Shown piece by piece: positions 14,089-25,901 of a DNA stretch of 64,000 nt. The stretch is from Eutreptiella sp. 'Long Island Sound 2002' (lineage: Eukaryota; Protista; Euglenida), in the NCBI GenBank assembly GCA_964036045.1, contig OZ038379.1:27032001-27096000 (forward strand), in the 5' to 3' direction. Position 1 is the stretch's first letter. Each line of letters starts with the position of its first letter. The position numbers and the translations under genes are program-made. A model generated the notes under the pieces. It was given only the letters and a program-made list of their open reading frames with translations, had not been told where the DNA came from and did no database searches.

Positions 14089-15071
14089 GAACGTGTGAAA
14101 TCTAGCTGCACTCCACAGAGGCACACTACAACACAATGGAACAGACTAAAACCCATTAGGACACTCAACGGCACACTGCCCCACAATACAACACACTGCA
14201 ACACACTGCACCACACTTTGCACTCCACACCAGCCAAACAACCACAACTCGTTGTCAAGGGGTGGTGGTCCCATGCATCGTTGGTGTCACAACCAGTGTT
14301 GGCGAAGGTATAATTGCTACCAGCGGTGTTGGTGTCAGAGTCGCAGCGGTATGTAGTTGTGGAACCATCTCTGCCTTTGGCCGACTACAAGGATCCCAAA
14401 GCGGGGAGGGAACAAAGTGGCTACATAAACCCTGCCGTCTTGGCGGTCAACACATGGAGGAATTAAAAGTCGACATAACCACTACTGTCTCGGAGCATGG
14501 TGTGGGGAGGAAACAAAATGGCTGAATAACCCTTGCTGGCTCCAACACGTGGAGGGTTCAACATAGCTACAAAATAGTTGCCCATCCTCACTTTTGGACA
14601 GTTCGGACATTTGAGCGCCTTTTCCAAACCCAGCCCCCCTCCTTTGAGGGATTTAATTGAACCCCCCTTGGCGTGCCAGTGGGGGATTTACTTCAAGTTG
14701 CAAAATACAAATACACCACAGGAGCCCAGCATGCTGCAGCACCCTGAGTGGAGGGCCCTGCACCATCCCCCCCATCCCCCTCTCTCTGAACTGTTTTACT
14801 GAGGGGCATGCCCCCCTCCCCCCCCCCCATCAGGGCCAGCAGCCTCCATCTCACATTCGGATATGCCACAAACCACCCTCCTGTCACATTTGTAACCCCC
14901 TGCAAATGCCGACCACCGACCCCACCAACCACTTTTGCAACTGCCGATGAAACCTACCTCTGGGTCACTTTGCCCTTAAGCAAAAGCCCTCATGACATGG
15001 CTGGCACGCAGCAGTTGCCTGCCGTTCCGAACACACCATTGAATTCCACTAACTAAAAGCATGTCACATAC

Positions 15072-15531
15072 CCTCAATCATGCGAGCCCGAGACAAATCT
15101 GAGAAATCCTTCAGATGATCCGTCGCAACCCCGATGGCGAGGGCCGTGTCTACCCTGGGCACGGGAGGCCTATTGGGAGGGATGGGCTTGCCCAAGAGCT
15201 GCTCAGCGATGCACCAGTTCAAGTCTGAGCGGGTGTCGTAGAGTCTGCACATGTATCCGAGATGGGGGATTGGGCCAGTGTATGTCAGCACTCCCATGCG
15301 GTGCCCACCGTGTCCAGTGAACTTAGTTCCGGCCACTCGAGCTCGTACGTACTGCATCGCGGATGCAAACAGGGCGGGGTCGGTGGGCAGTGCGATGGCG
15401 AGCATGACGTCCGTAGGGCAATGGGAGGGGTCCTCTGGCAGTTCAGGGCCGGAGAGACCGGGCACTGAGGCATGTGCCAGCACAAGCCCCAGGCAAAAGT
15501 ACAACCACCAACGGCACGGGTGTGGCATCAT
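15072..15531 (-). CDS. Exon 1 of secreted von Willebrand factor A (VWA) domain protein
   Basis: Signal peptide MMPHPCRWWLYFCLGLVLAHA. VWA N-half CPTDVMLAI...FASAMQYV...HRMGVLTY...DTALAIGVATDHL. Donor G|GTATGT at 15071; TTTTACCAG directly before the ATG. Confidence 0.8.
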
Positions 15532-17417
15532 CTGGTAAAAGCGACGTGCGACCAGGGCTCAGACAAGGGCTGGCTCACAGGCGCATGAAACAGCCTCTGA
15601 TCGGCGCCATGAGGACTATCACCAACGAAGTGGGGCCTTTTGGGGGCCGGTTCCTGAGGAGTAGTGTCTACACAGCAAACAGCCTCTGCATCTGTCGGCC
15701 ATTCCGAACGCTTGTGCAAGATCTGTGACGTCCTGCAGGCGTGACCCATTGCAATCAACAATGAACACCACTAACACTGTGCACGTTGCTGTTTTGACTT
15801 TTGTTTTGCGATGAAAGGTTTCTGCGACAAGTCTGAATGTGCCTTGCCCCGGTGCATGCACCGGTTGTGGGACCGCCCCTCGCAAAGCCAGAGCTTGAGC
15901 TAACAAAAGTCAGAAAATACAGTCATGATTGTACACAAGAAACAGCCGAGCGGCTGAAAAGCCGCTCCCTTTTCTGCATCCTTTCTCTTCATGCCCTACA
16001 CTGTATGTCTGCCCTCTGCTCTCTACTTCCATCCTATCCCTGACTCTCTCTCTCTCTTTTTCACTCCTCATACACCATGTGCTGTGTCCCCTCCTTGCCT
16101 TCAGGCTAGATCAAATGCATTACCTCTGCATGCTGTCCTTTTGCCCCCACCACGATGTAGTCTTCCTCCACAACATTGTGGATAAAGTCTGACGTTTGAT
16201 GTCTCATGTGGCATGTTGCGTCTGTGACCTCGACAAGAAGACCTCTAAAGAAAAATCTGGTACCCCCACCCCCAGAAATAATACGAAAAAAAAGGCAGTT
16301 GAGGAAATGGCAACATGGGTGGAGGGGGGGGTGAACCAACAACAGCGGGGGGGGGGGGGGGGTAGCACAAGGCCTCGGCATTAGGTTGTTTGCCTTTGGC
16401 GGCGCCTATTGGCTTCTCATCACTGCTCATTCTGACCCTCTGTGGGTCCAAACGGGTCCCAACTTGTTTTGGTTGTGTCAACAGAGCCCCTGGATGACTT
16501 GTCCTGTTTGACTACTCTAGGCTCGGCTGTCCCGGAGACGGGCTGTTGCCCATGCCGTTGGCCAGGTGCATCAGGGTGCACACTCTGAGTCCATGCTGGG
16601 TTTGCCGACTCCAGCACTGACTTGTGCGCGCTAGGGTGTGCATCTGCAGGATAATTTCCCTAACAGGGGCTTCTAAGAACCACAATGATTCTTTCCCTTT
16701 AGCCCTTTCCTTCTCTGCTACGCTTTGCACCGTTTTCGGCGAGCGTGGTCTGCCTTGTCCTGTGATCTCCCCTTGCTCGTCCCCTTCCCCATGTCCAGTT
16801 TCCTCTGGGCCCCGACTATTCTTTCTGCCCTGGGGGGCATTGGGTGGCGGGGGAGCGTGTTGCTGTGGGGAAGGGGTGGCGGAGGGGGAGGGGGAGTGGG
16901 AGTGGGTTCGTCGCACCCTGTCCCCTCCTTCCCCTTGAGGAGGAAGATCTTGGCTCCAGGGGGCTCTTGTTCGTGTCAGTGTGCTTGGTGTTGGTGCTTT
17001 TGGCCACTTGCTTTTGCTGGCCCACATATCCTAGTATGTCTTGGGCGTAGATGCATGCTGTTTGATGGCATGTTGGCCTTAGTTGGTGCGGCGATGGTAG
17101 ACCATGCACGTAGCGCCCGCCGTTAGTCTAAGGGTTCGGGACCGGGCCTAGTTCCCCTTCGTACGCTTCCCCGCAGCTGGGCTGAGGGAGAAGAGGGTGT
17201 GGCCTCCCCCCCCGCCCCACCCCCGAAAGTGTTTGTTGGCACATCACCTGGGCCCACGGTGCCCCGGGCGTCTTTTCTGGGTTGTCCTGTGCTATGCTAG
17301 GCTGCCCTGTATTGTTGTTGCATGGGTGTGCATGTTCCGCCATTGTTGGTGTCGGTGTTGCTGCGGCGGTGGTGGAGTTGTAGGGGTAGACGCTAGGGTG
17401 TGGTATTGGGGGGGGGG

Positions 17418-17590
17418 GGGATTAAATCAAACGGGAAATAGGGAAACATGGAAATGCACGTCAATGGGAAAATGTGCCAATTGGCAAAATCCGGAAAATG
17501 TGGAAAAATGTGGAAAATGTGGAAAATGCAGAAACTGTGGAAAATAGGAAATGTGGAAAAGAGGAAAATGTGAAAAATGGGAAAATGTGG
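17418..17590 (+). repeat. Degenerate (GGAAAATGT)n minisatellite
   Basis: Many GGAAAA(A)TG(T/C) units follow a G-run. Related arrays lie at ~43183-43255 and ~44137-44180. Confidence 0.85.
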
Positions 17591-17959
17591 TACCGTTGAC
17601 AAACCCCATTAACCTGTGTGGCACATACATCAATTGTTAGGGACCAGAGTGGCATTGGTACACTCAGCAAGCATAGACACATGAAGACTGCACCATCGTG
17701 TTCATCATTGAGTCCATCCATGTCATCAATAGGTGCTTAGGAGCATGGCTATGAGCTACTTGGTGCGGTAGAACGGGTGGCATGGCCCACCTCTGGAACA
17801 AAGGCATCCGATTGGCAAGCAAAGGCAGTGCTTGCTTGCATGGCAATGATCTTGGCTTGCTTATAGGTGTTGCAACTTGGCAGCTTGACACCAAGCACTT
17901 CCAAGAAATGGGAAATGGGAGCCTTGGCCAATCGTGTAGCCTACCAACGTTGCTACATA

Positions 17960-18310
17960 TGCTAGCTTGGCCTACATTCTGGCCACGCCACACTTCGGGC
18001 CGGGCTCAAATGGCTCAACCCGTTCATCTGCACTGTTGTTCTCCATGTCATCACATGCATCATCAGTAACCTCGACCACCACCTCGCATGGCATGCGACA
18101 TGCTGAAAAGCATGCACGGCAAACCAAGCACGTGTTGCACCAAATGCGAACAGTCTGCCCACGTGTGGCACAAGTGAAGAAGTCATGGTTGCTAGCATGC
18201 ACGTCAAGGCTACTTTCCGGTGCAACAACGGTGGCCACATCCGCTTTGTGCCGCTCCACCTGCCAGTCGGAATTCCGGTCTGCATTTCCAAGGATCCCCA
18301 ATCACGCATA
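17960..18310 (-). mobile_element. Degenerate transposon-derived Cys-rich domain, homologous to 42160-42300
   Basis: DVATVVAP...HASNHDFFTCATRGQTVRIWCNTCLVCRAC aligns with VTVVAP...HACNHDF...CATCKQVVRIWCNTCL, which lies downstream of the hAT remnant at 42 kb. Confidence 0.6.
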
Positions 18311-18967
18311 ACACAAACATGTCTAGCTCTAACCGCATACCATTGAATTTCTATGGATCCCCAATTACACAAGCAGCAACTCATCATGAACGAGCAGAGA
18401 CCCACCAAATCCATCTTTCCTTAGTGTGTCTTGGTGTGTTGTCTGCTTGCGCGAGAGCCCAAAAAAATGGGATGGGGCTCCAATATTGAACATGATGTCT
18501 CACACAAGGCAACAAGCAAAGACTTTTTTATGCAAATTGTCCCACCATCTGTGCTTTTTTTTTCTTTGCACTGTATACCACCACCAATCGCTTGTGCAAA
18601 TCACCTTAACGGTCGCTTCTCCAAGTAGCACCATGTAATAGAATGCAAAATAAAATTGAAATCTACTTTTTTTGAAAACACACGGTTTTTCAAGATATGC
18701 AAAAACCCATCGACTTGATGTGTGTTTGATCAAAAATGGAAAGTTGTACCCCGTCGTGCGTCAAATAGAATTCAAAGACAGGATTAGGCAAGCGGCAAAG
18801 ACACAAAGCAAACCATAACACATCAACACAACGAAACAATTGGTGGGAACCTATGAGGAGGTCGTTGGGTAAGGCTGAATCGCTTGGAATCCGCAATTGT
18901 GAGTATTAGACCAACTTCCTTTGTACCTTGTTCCCAATTCATTTACAAATAGACCGGCAAGGCCCTG

Positions 18968-19008
18968 AGAGAGAGAGAGAGAGAGGGTGTGTGTGTGTGT
19001 GTGTGTGT
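18968..19008. repeat. Compound (GA)n(GT)n microsatellite
   Basis: Visible directly in the sequence. Confidence 0.9.
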
Positions 19009-19830
19009 GGACGAATGGCTCAGTGCCATCGCTTGCCTAAGGTTGCCCATTGACGAGTATGTATTATAGTGAAGGAGAATACATTAAAAATTCCTCGTGA
19101 GAGGAGCAAAGCAAAGAAATGCAACATGTGAAGATGATACTCCGTTTTGACAATGCAGTAAAAATGACCCCATTGACTTAAACTGAAATTTTGGAGAAAA
19201 GGCTGACCCCCCCACCACCACCACCACACACGCCACCATTCTAGAACCGACCACCAGCACACACGCCACTATTCCACTATTTTGCCACCGTCCAGCATGC
19301 TTTTTCCCGTTTTGTGCTTGTCTTTAGCCTGTCCAAGTGCAAAAGTGACGACCTCCTCAGAGAATCTTTTTTTTGTCTATTTTCACGGTGCACTAGACAT
19401 GGACGCTATTGGTAAGTCTCAAGCCAACCTCACCATTTCATCACTAGCCTGTCACAGACCGTATTTGTGCTTTGTGTAGATGGGCTAGGAAGCAAAGCAG
19501 CGCTGTAGCTCATGTATGTAACCTCGGTGCTATGGGAAGGGGAGATGGGCGCTTTGCCTGATGTCAACAATCCCAGTGAGGAAGCTTGGCGGTCTAAAGC
19601 TCCATGATGAAGGCTACACTTCCAATGGTACACTGCGGCTTTGCGTCGCGGTAGCATGGAGGGTCTGACAGCTGCTGCACAGAGCTTTGTCCGAATGGTG
19701 AAAGCTGCCGTGGTTGCTGCTTCTGGTGTTTAAAGGCATGGGAGTGGCACTAGTGTTTCACACACCGCATTTGTGCTTTGTGCAGATGGGTTGGGAAGCA
19801 AAACAGTGCTATAGCTCATCTCGCTTAGGT

Positions 19831-21077
19831 GGCCCATTGGCGGTGCCCCTCAAAACCCCACTGTCAGAATTCTGACAGTGAAAAGTGAGTGATGGAAACC
19901 CATGTTTGTGGGCAGCGCGCCTTTGGGATGCAACGCAAACCCCCTCACGCGCCACATTTTGGCATCTTTTGACCCATTTACTGTCGGGCAAAAAACATGC
20001 AAAAAGGGCAGTTTGAGGCGATTTTGACACCCAAATTGGACGGAACAGCCAGTTGCAGGCATGCTGAAACGGGCCAGGTCTGTGTACCAGCGTTTGCAGA
20101 AGGGTTGCAAAGGGGGCAGTTACGTAACTAGGTTCCCAAGGAGGATTTTAAATAGGATGGGCCAGGACATGAAAAAACGCTGTCAAACAGCAAATTCTGA
20201 CAGATGTTTTTCTGCAAACGCTTGTTTCATGACCTAACCGCCACGGAGTAAAAATGCTGCGGGTAAAGGAGGCACTTTGCATATGCAGGCACATGCCGGA
20301 GCAAAGCATTTGCGGCAGTCATTGTGTCGTATGCAGATTCTCATAGGTGCGGACGGCAGTGCACATTACTACAGTTACTACATTACTACTACACCAGGTG
20401 TCACTGTCAGAATTCTGACAGCGAATATAATTGCAGTAAGCACAACAGGCAACGTCCATTCCGTACCCGTGCTATTCGCAAGGAATGCTGTCAGAATTCT
20501 GACAGTGACACCTTATGTTGCTTCTACGTAAACTGTTTGTAGCAACGTGCACTGCTGTCCACACCTATGAGAATATGCATACGACAATTACTGCCGCAAA
20601 TGTGTTTCTCAGGCCCGTCCCTTTCATGCATAGTGTCCAATGTGTGTCCTCTAGCCGCACCATTTTCACTTTGTGGCGGCAAGGTCATGTAACAGGGGTT
20701 TGCGTTGTCAGAATTTGCGTCAGAATTTGCTGTTTGACAGTATTTTTCCCCACCCTGCTTAAAATTGTCCCCGGAGACCCTAGTTATGTGACTGCCCCTT
20801 TGCAACCCTTCTGCAAACGCTGGTACACAGACCTGGCCCGTTTCAGCATGCCTGCAACTGGCTGTTCCGTCCAATTTGGGTGTCAAAATCGCCTCAAACT
20901 GCCCTTTTTGCATGTTTTTTGCCCGACAGTAAATGGGTCAAAAGATGCCAAAATGTGGCGCGTGAGGGGGTTTGCGTTGCATCCCAAAGACGCGCTGCCC
21001 ACAGACATGGATTTCCATCACTCCATTATTGCTGTCAGAGTTTTGACAGGGTTTTTGAGACACCCCCAAATGGCTCT
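19831..21077. mobile_element. Foldback/MITE-like element with ~365-bp inverted arms
   Basis: 19831-20195 is the reverse complement of ~20715-21077; identical conceptual translations appear on opposite strands (QPFCKRWYTDLARF...). The spacer is ~515 bp and the element carries repeated CTGTCAGAATTCTGACAG palindromes. Confidence 0.85.
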
Positions 21078-21309
21078 GCACCACACCATGCGTCAGAGAA
21101 CATTTCAGAAACAGCATGCGACACACAACCTGGAATACACTATATGCACCACACAAGACACAATACACAGCATGTAACACAAAATATGCAATACAGCACA
21201 TGGAACACACTACGTGCCACACACAACACGCAATACATGTTATGGAAAACACAACATGCAATACACGACATGCAGCATGGAAAAAACAACATACAAAGAT
21301 GTGTTGCTA

Positions 21310-21718
21310 TTGCACCCACTGTAATAGGGGTGAGTCGCAGACACCATGTACTGGAGGTGGTCGAGTCGGGCACTGTCAGAATTCTGACAGTGCTTTGCCT
21401 TTTACAGGGTACACTTCATGGAAGGGTGATCAGTCAGATGACTGGGGATGAACGGTGCAAAATGTGGTGGTTTACATTGTCCAGCGATGCGTGCTTGGGT
21501 TCACCATAGTGTCCAAGGCAGGCACACATCACTAGACAAAGCAAACCACCACATTTTGCATCGTTCAACCCCAGTACTTTGCAGCCATGTGACTGATCAC
21601 CCTTCCATGAAGTGTACCCTGTAAAAGGCACAGGCACTGTCAGAATTCTGACAGTGCCGGACTCGACCACCTCCGGAATATGGTGTCTGCAACTCACCCC
21701 TATTACAGCGGGTGCAAC
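21310..21718. repeat. ~410-bp near-continuous hairpin (foldback)
   Basis: TTGCACCC..GTAATAGGGGTGAGT..CAGACACCA.. pairs with ..TGGTGTCTG..ACTCACCCCTATTAC..GGGTGCAA. Pairing runs almost to the centre (~21505). Each arm holds the 22-bp palindrome (21371, 21635). Confidence 0.9.
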
Positions 21719-22229
21719 ATTGCTACGGAAAGGGGTTACTAAACCCTAAAACAAGGGGGGCAAAAGGGTGTCTTCGGGAACCCCCAAATGGGCCGCCCAA
21801 GTGTCTCTAACGTGGGCTCCATGGGAAGGGGAGATGGGCGGTTTGCCTGCTGTCAACAATCCAACTGAAGAAGCAAGGGAGTAGATGCCCCCTCCGACTA
21901 GCCTTAGCAAGTCAGTTTTTTTTTTTTTGAGGACCCCTCCAGGCTACATGCCCACACAGGTGGCGACAATTTGGGTTACAATCATAGTAGGTGCCAGAGG
22001 CACCAGAGAAAACCTTGGACTTCAACGTGCCCGAGAGGGAACTTTGTACCCCCATAAGGGCCCTGCCAGGGACCCCAGAGCACAGTGCCAACCCCCCCCC
22101 CCCCCCTGTTCCCCACATGCTCAGAATGTGATTGGCATTCATCATTTTTGAACCAGCAGTGGGAGGCAGTTTCTTCCCTATTGCATAGAAGCAGGTCACT
22201 CTATCCACCCAAGCTTTGCTTGGGCAACT

Positions 22230-23110
22230 GACAAGCTCAATGGTCCCCTTTTCTGCGAGATTCTTCCAACTGTTCCGACACCAACTCCCATAACAGCGCC
22301 AGGAAGTCCTTTTGGGAAGGCGTGGCTTTGTCCATCAGCCCCATTCTATCTGACTCCCATTTCTGCCCTGCATCTATCATTTGTCCAGCCACATGCCACT
22401 ACATTGCCCTCAGCCCCAAACCTCTAGCACTACATCATTCCGGATCATTGTGATGTTCATGGTGCTCTCCACCCCAGATGCCCGCATCACAAAATTGCGG
22501 AGCGTGTAATCCCACACAAGCACAGCGGTAAAGCCCACCAACAGAAGTGCTCGATAGGCCCACCTCGGGATCAGTACCGCTTTGACCACCGTTGTGTGTT
22601 CAAAGGCGCTGAGTGGAAGTGAGTCATATGTCGCGACATCCGTGTGTCTGTGTGACGCATGTGTTGTGTCACTTGGTCCAAGGCTTGGTCACGATGCGCC
22701 TTGTGCACCAGTATGTGACCCACATACTGGCATACTGGCTTCCTCACCGGGATAATCTCTGTTCCCATTACCGCCTATATCTCATTCCACAGTGCTGATT
22801 GATTCCGTCTTGTGCTTGTTGAAACGCAAACCCATGTGCGTGGCTATGGATACCAACGCCTCTAGCCCCTCAGTCAGCTCTTCCCTGCCGTTGCCCGTGT
22901 TGCTGTGTCACCAGCCTACACGAAATTTCCTCTCGGGACACCGCTGTATGAACTCCCTCACTATCGTAGTAGAGGACAAAGAGCATGGGCCAGCGCGGGC
23001 ACCCTTCCTTGACTCGTTTGGTTGTCACATCCAAAGTGACGAAACCTGGTATTTTCGTGTAGATTTGCTGCATACTGTGCAATATCATAGCTCCTCCTGG
23101 TAAACCCGGC
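22230..23110 (-). mobile_element. Degenerate non-LTR (LINE) reverse transcriptase remnant
   Basis: Motifs in the correct order across frameshifts: KRVKEGCPRWPMLFVLYY (motif B), FV*AGDTA (YADD-like), EGLEALVSIATHMGLRFNKHKTE, CQYVGHIL, IPRWAYR...WD, GLGLRAM. Confidence 0.75.
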
Positions 23111-24392
23111 TTAGCACAGGATACGGGAGGTACGTGGAGAATAGGTTGGGGGGGGGGGATTGCAGCACCGGGACTGGTGGACAATGGTCATGCATGTTTG
23201 CCACAACTGCAAACAGTCACACTGTAATCTGCGCCATTGTCCCCGGGACGGCAACACATGCACAGGGATGGAAGCACGTGCACAGAGGCATGGGCAGCAA
23301 AGGAACTGCATGGTCCACAGAATGCCTGGGGTGTGGCATCTGCAACCGGTCCAGTGGTCTGCGCAGCACCTCCATGAAATGAAGCCTCACTACTCATCAG
23401 TCCTACTGCGTACAACTGCCTGTTTCAGGCACCATTGTGCAAAATCTGGGATGCCTCACTGGTCAGGCCGATCCTGAGCAGTATCAAGAACCCTACGTTC
23501 AGGTTCCTGCGCGGTCCGCAGTTGGAAGGGTCAGGGGTGCCTGAGAGCTGTGCGTCGCCAAGCACAGAGCCCTGACAGCAGGTGAGATATATAACGAGGG
23601 GCAGAGGCGGAGTGGGGGTCCTGGCGTGCACTTGTGACCCCGGATTGCCCCGGCTCAGCACAGGCCTTGCTACCCTGCTGACCTCCCCCTCAGCCTCCAC
23701 CTCCACCTCCGCTTCACGAGGCAGTCACTGAGCCGACCAGGCCGTGGCGTGACGTGAAGTAAAATAGGAAGCCATCGGAAACGACGCCCGAGACCGAGAT
23801 CTCAAGAAAGCGTGAATCCCAACAGCAGTGCATTCCCTGTCCACCATGACTCGACCATTAGCGCCAGCATACTGCCAGCTGCCGTCCGTACGGCAGCACA
23901 CTTCAGTCCAGGCAAAGAACGAGAAATCCGCCGCAGCCACTGATCGGGTATTGTACAGAGAGGCCCTGACATATTTGTGAATGTGGGCTGCGCGGTTCTG
24001 GAGGACCATGGGCCTTCAGAATACCACAGGCTATGCACCGCACTGCAGTACCGGGGGCTGTCCCCAGGGCGTATGCTGATCAACAATCTGCAACGCGCAC
24101 CGCATCTGTGACAAACGAAAGTCCCTATTTCTGTCACTGTTTTGTGGAGGTGCAGACCAAGTCTGGACCCCGAGCGAGGGGACGCTTGCACAGCCCAGGC
24201 TCCGCGTTGGCGTACGCCCATTGCGCAGCAACCACCGTCCCCGGAGCGCAGCGAACACGCCAGCCCCGCAGGCAGCACCCCATTGACACTCGGGGACATA
24301 GCCACCTCATCCTCCGGAGGCCAAAGCCCCACATCACACGACTTCCGGGGCCGCCCCGCCCCCGCCCCCGGCACCGCGCCTCCGTGCCCCCC

Positions 24393-25901
24393 TCAAGCGG
24401 CGCGCTCGTTCTTAATGTAGTGGTACAGAATGTTGGGCCCCCACCCGGTGGCCCCCTTCACGCCCCACGGGCGGTCGTCGGCGCCCATGAGATCCCCGGC
24501 CACCCCCGCGATGTCCAGGTGCGTGTAACTCACGCCCTCCTCGGCGAACTTCGCCAGGAACGCCGCGGCGGTGCACGAGCCGGCGCAGCGGTCCTTCCCC
24601 ATGGAGTGGAGGTCGCACATTGTGCCCTTCAGCTGGTCCGAGAACTCGCTGTACGTGGGCATGCGCCACACACGCTCGTCCGCCGGGATACTCGCGGCCG
24701 TGAGGGCGGCGGCGGTGGAGTCGTTGTCGGTGAACATGCCGGCGGCATAGTTGCCGAGGGCCACGAGGATGGCGCCCGTGAGGGTCGCGACGGTGAACAT
24801 GGTGTCGATGGTGTACTCCTTTTGGAGGTAGGTCATGGCGTCCGCGAGCACCAGCCGCCCCTCGGCGTCCGTGTTCATGTTCTGGACAGTCAGACCCTTA
24901 TAAGACTTGAGGATCTCGTGCGGTTTACACGCATCCTTCCCGATGGCATTCTCTGCCAAGGCCACAGCGCCCACCACGTTGGCCTTCACCCCGGTGGCGG
25001 CCAGCGCGTGCATCAACCCCAGGACCGAGCACGCCCCTCCCTTGTCCATGTGCATGTTCTCGATAGATCCGGTGGGCTTCAGGTTCAGGCCACCGCAGTC
25101 GAATACCACCCCTTTGCCCACAACTCCCATGGTCTTGTCAGAATCCGGATTGCCCTTGTAATGCATGTAGACGATCTTTGGTTCATGAGCAGCCCCTCCG
25201 CCTACCGCCCGAATCAGGTTCATGCCCTTGGCCTTGATCTCCTCCATATCCACGACGCAGGTGTCAATGCTGGGGAACTTGGCGCACAGCTCCAATGCCT
25301 TGTCTGCCATCCAGTCGGTGGTGGCAATGTCCGCGCGGGTGTTTAGGAGGTCGCGAGTGATGCATGTGCTCGTGGCAAGCGTGACGTACTCATCGACGGT
25401 CGCCGGAGGCGTTGAGGTGAGGAGGGTGAGGTGCTGCACGTGGAGGCACCGGTCATCATCCATGATGCCGTAGTCGTAGAAGTAGTCGGACAAGATGGCG
25501 TGCTGTGCCACCAGTGCCGCAGCCGACAGCCCATCGTCTAGTTCCACATCAGGGATGGCGACCCCAGCAGCGGTCGTCTTGCGGGCTTTCAGCTCCTTGA
25601 CCACCGTCGTAGCGGCCACGCGGAACGTGCGGGCCGTCACCTTCTTCTTCTCTCCCAGGCCCACCAGAAGCACGCGGGAGGCGGCGAAGCCCTCGAGGTC
25701 GTACGCCGTGGCCACCTGCCCGTCCTTGCCCTCAAAGTCCTCCTTCTGGGCGTCGGGCAGCGGCAGGGCTTTGGCGTCCTCCTGCGTCACCATGTACACA
25801 AGTGTGGGCCCAGCGAAGGCCTCGGCCCCCGTGGCCTCCACGGAAATCTTCAGCGCCACCTCGCCGATGGTGATCTCTTTCAGACCGGTGGTCACTGCCA
25901 T
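24393..25901 (-). CDS. LAP: M17 family leucyl (cytosol) aminopeptidase, intronless
   Basis: All M17 metal-binding and catalytic motifs are present: VGKGVVFDCGGLNLKP, MHMDKGGA, NTDAEGRLVLADA, ATLTGA, HLDIAG. The ORF opens at 26012, but M-AVTTG (25901) is preferred because pyrimidine-AG acceptors lie 33 and 58 nt upstream. Confidence 0.97.
   Translation of the reverse strand: MAVTTGLKEITIGEVALKISVEATGAEAFAGPTLVYMVTQEDAKALPLPDAQKEDFEGKDGQVATAYDLEGFAASRVLLVGLGEKKKVTARTFRVAATTVVKELKARKTTAAGVAIPDVELDDGLSAAALVAQHAILSDYFYDYGIMDDDRCLHVQHLTLLTSTPPATVDEYVTLATSTCITRDLLNTRADIATTDWMADKALELCAKFPSIDTCVVDMEEIKAKGMNLIRAVGGGAAHEPKIVYMHYKGNPDSDKTMGVVGKGVVFDCGGLNLKPTGSIENMHMDKGGACSVLGLMHALAATGVKANVVGAVALAENAIGKDACKPHEILKSYKGLTVQNMNTDAEGRLVLADAMTYLQKEYTIDTMFTVATLTGAILVALGNYAAGMFTDNDSTAAALTAASIPADERVWRMPTYSEFSDQLKGTMCDLHSMGKDRCAGSCTAAAFLAKFAEEGVSYTHLDIAGVAGDLMGADDRPWGVKGATGWGPNILYHYIKNERAA

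Noticed and set aside
24033-25346. 437-aa plus-strand ORF
   Set aside because: Antisense shadow of the GC3-rich LAP gene, with no independent motifs.
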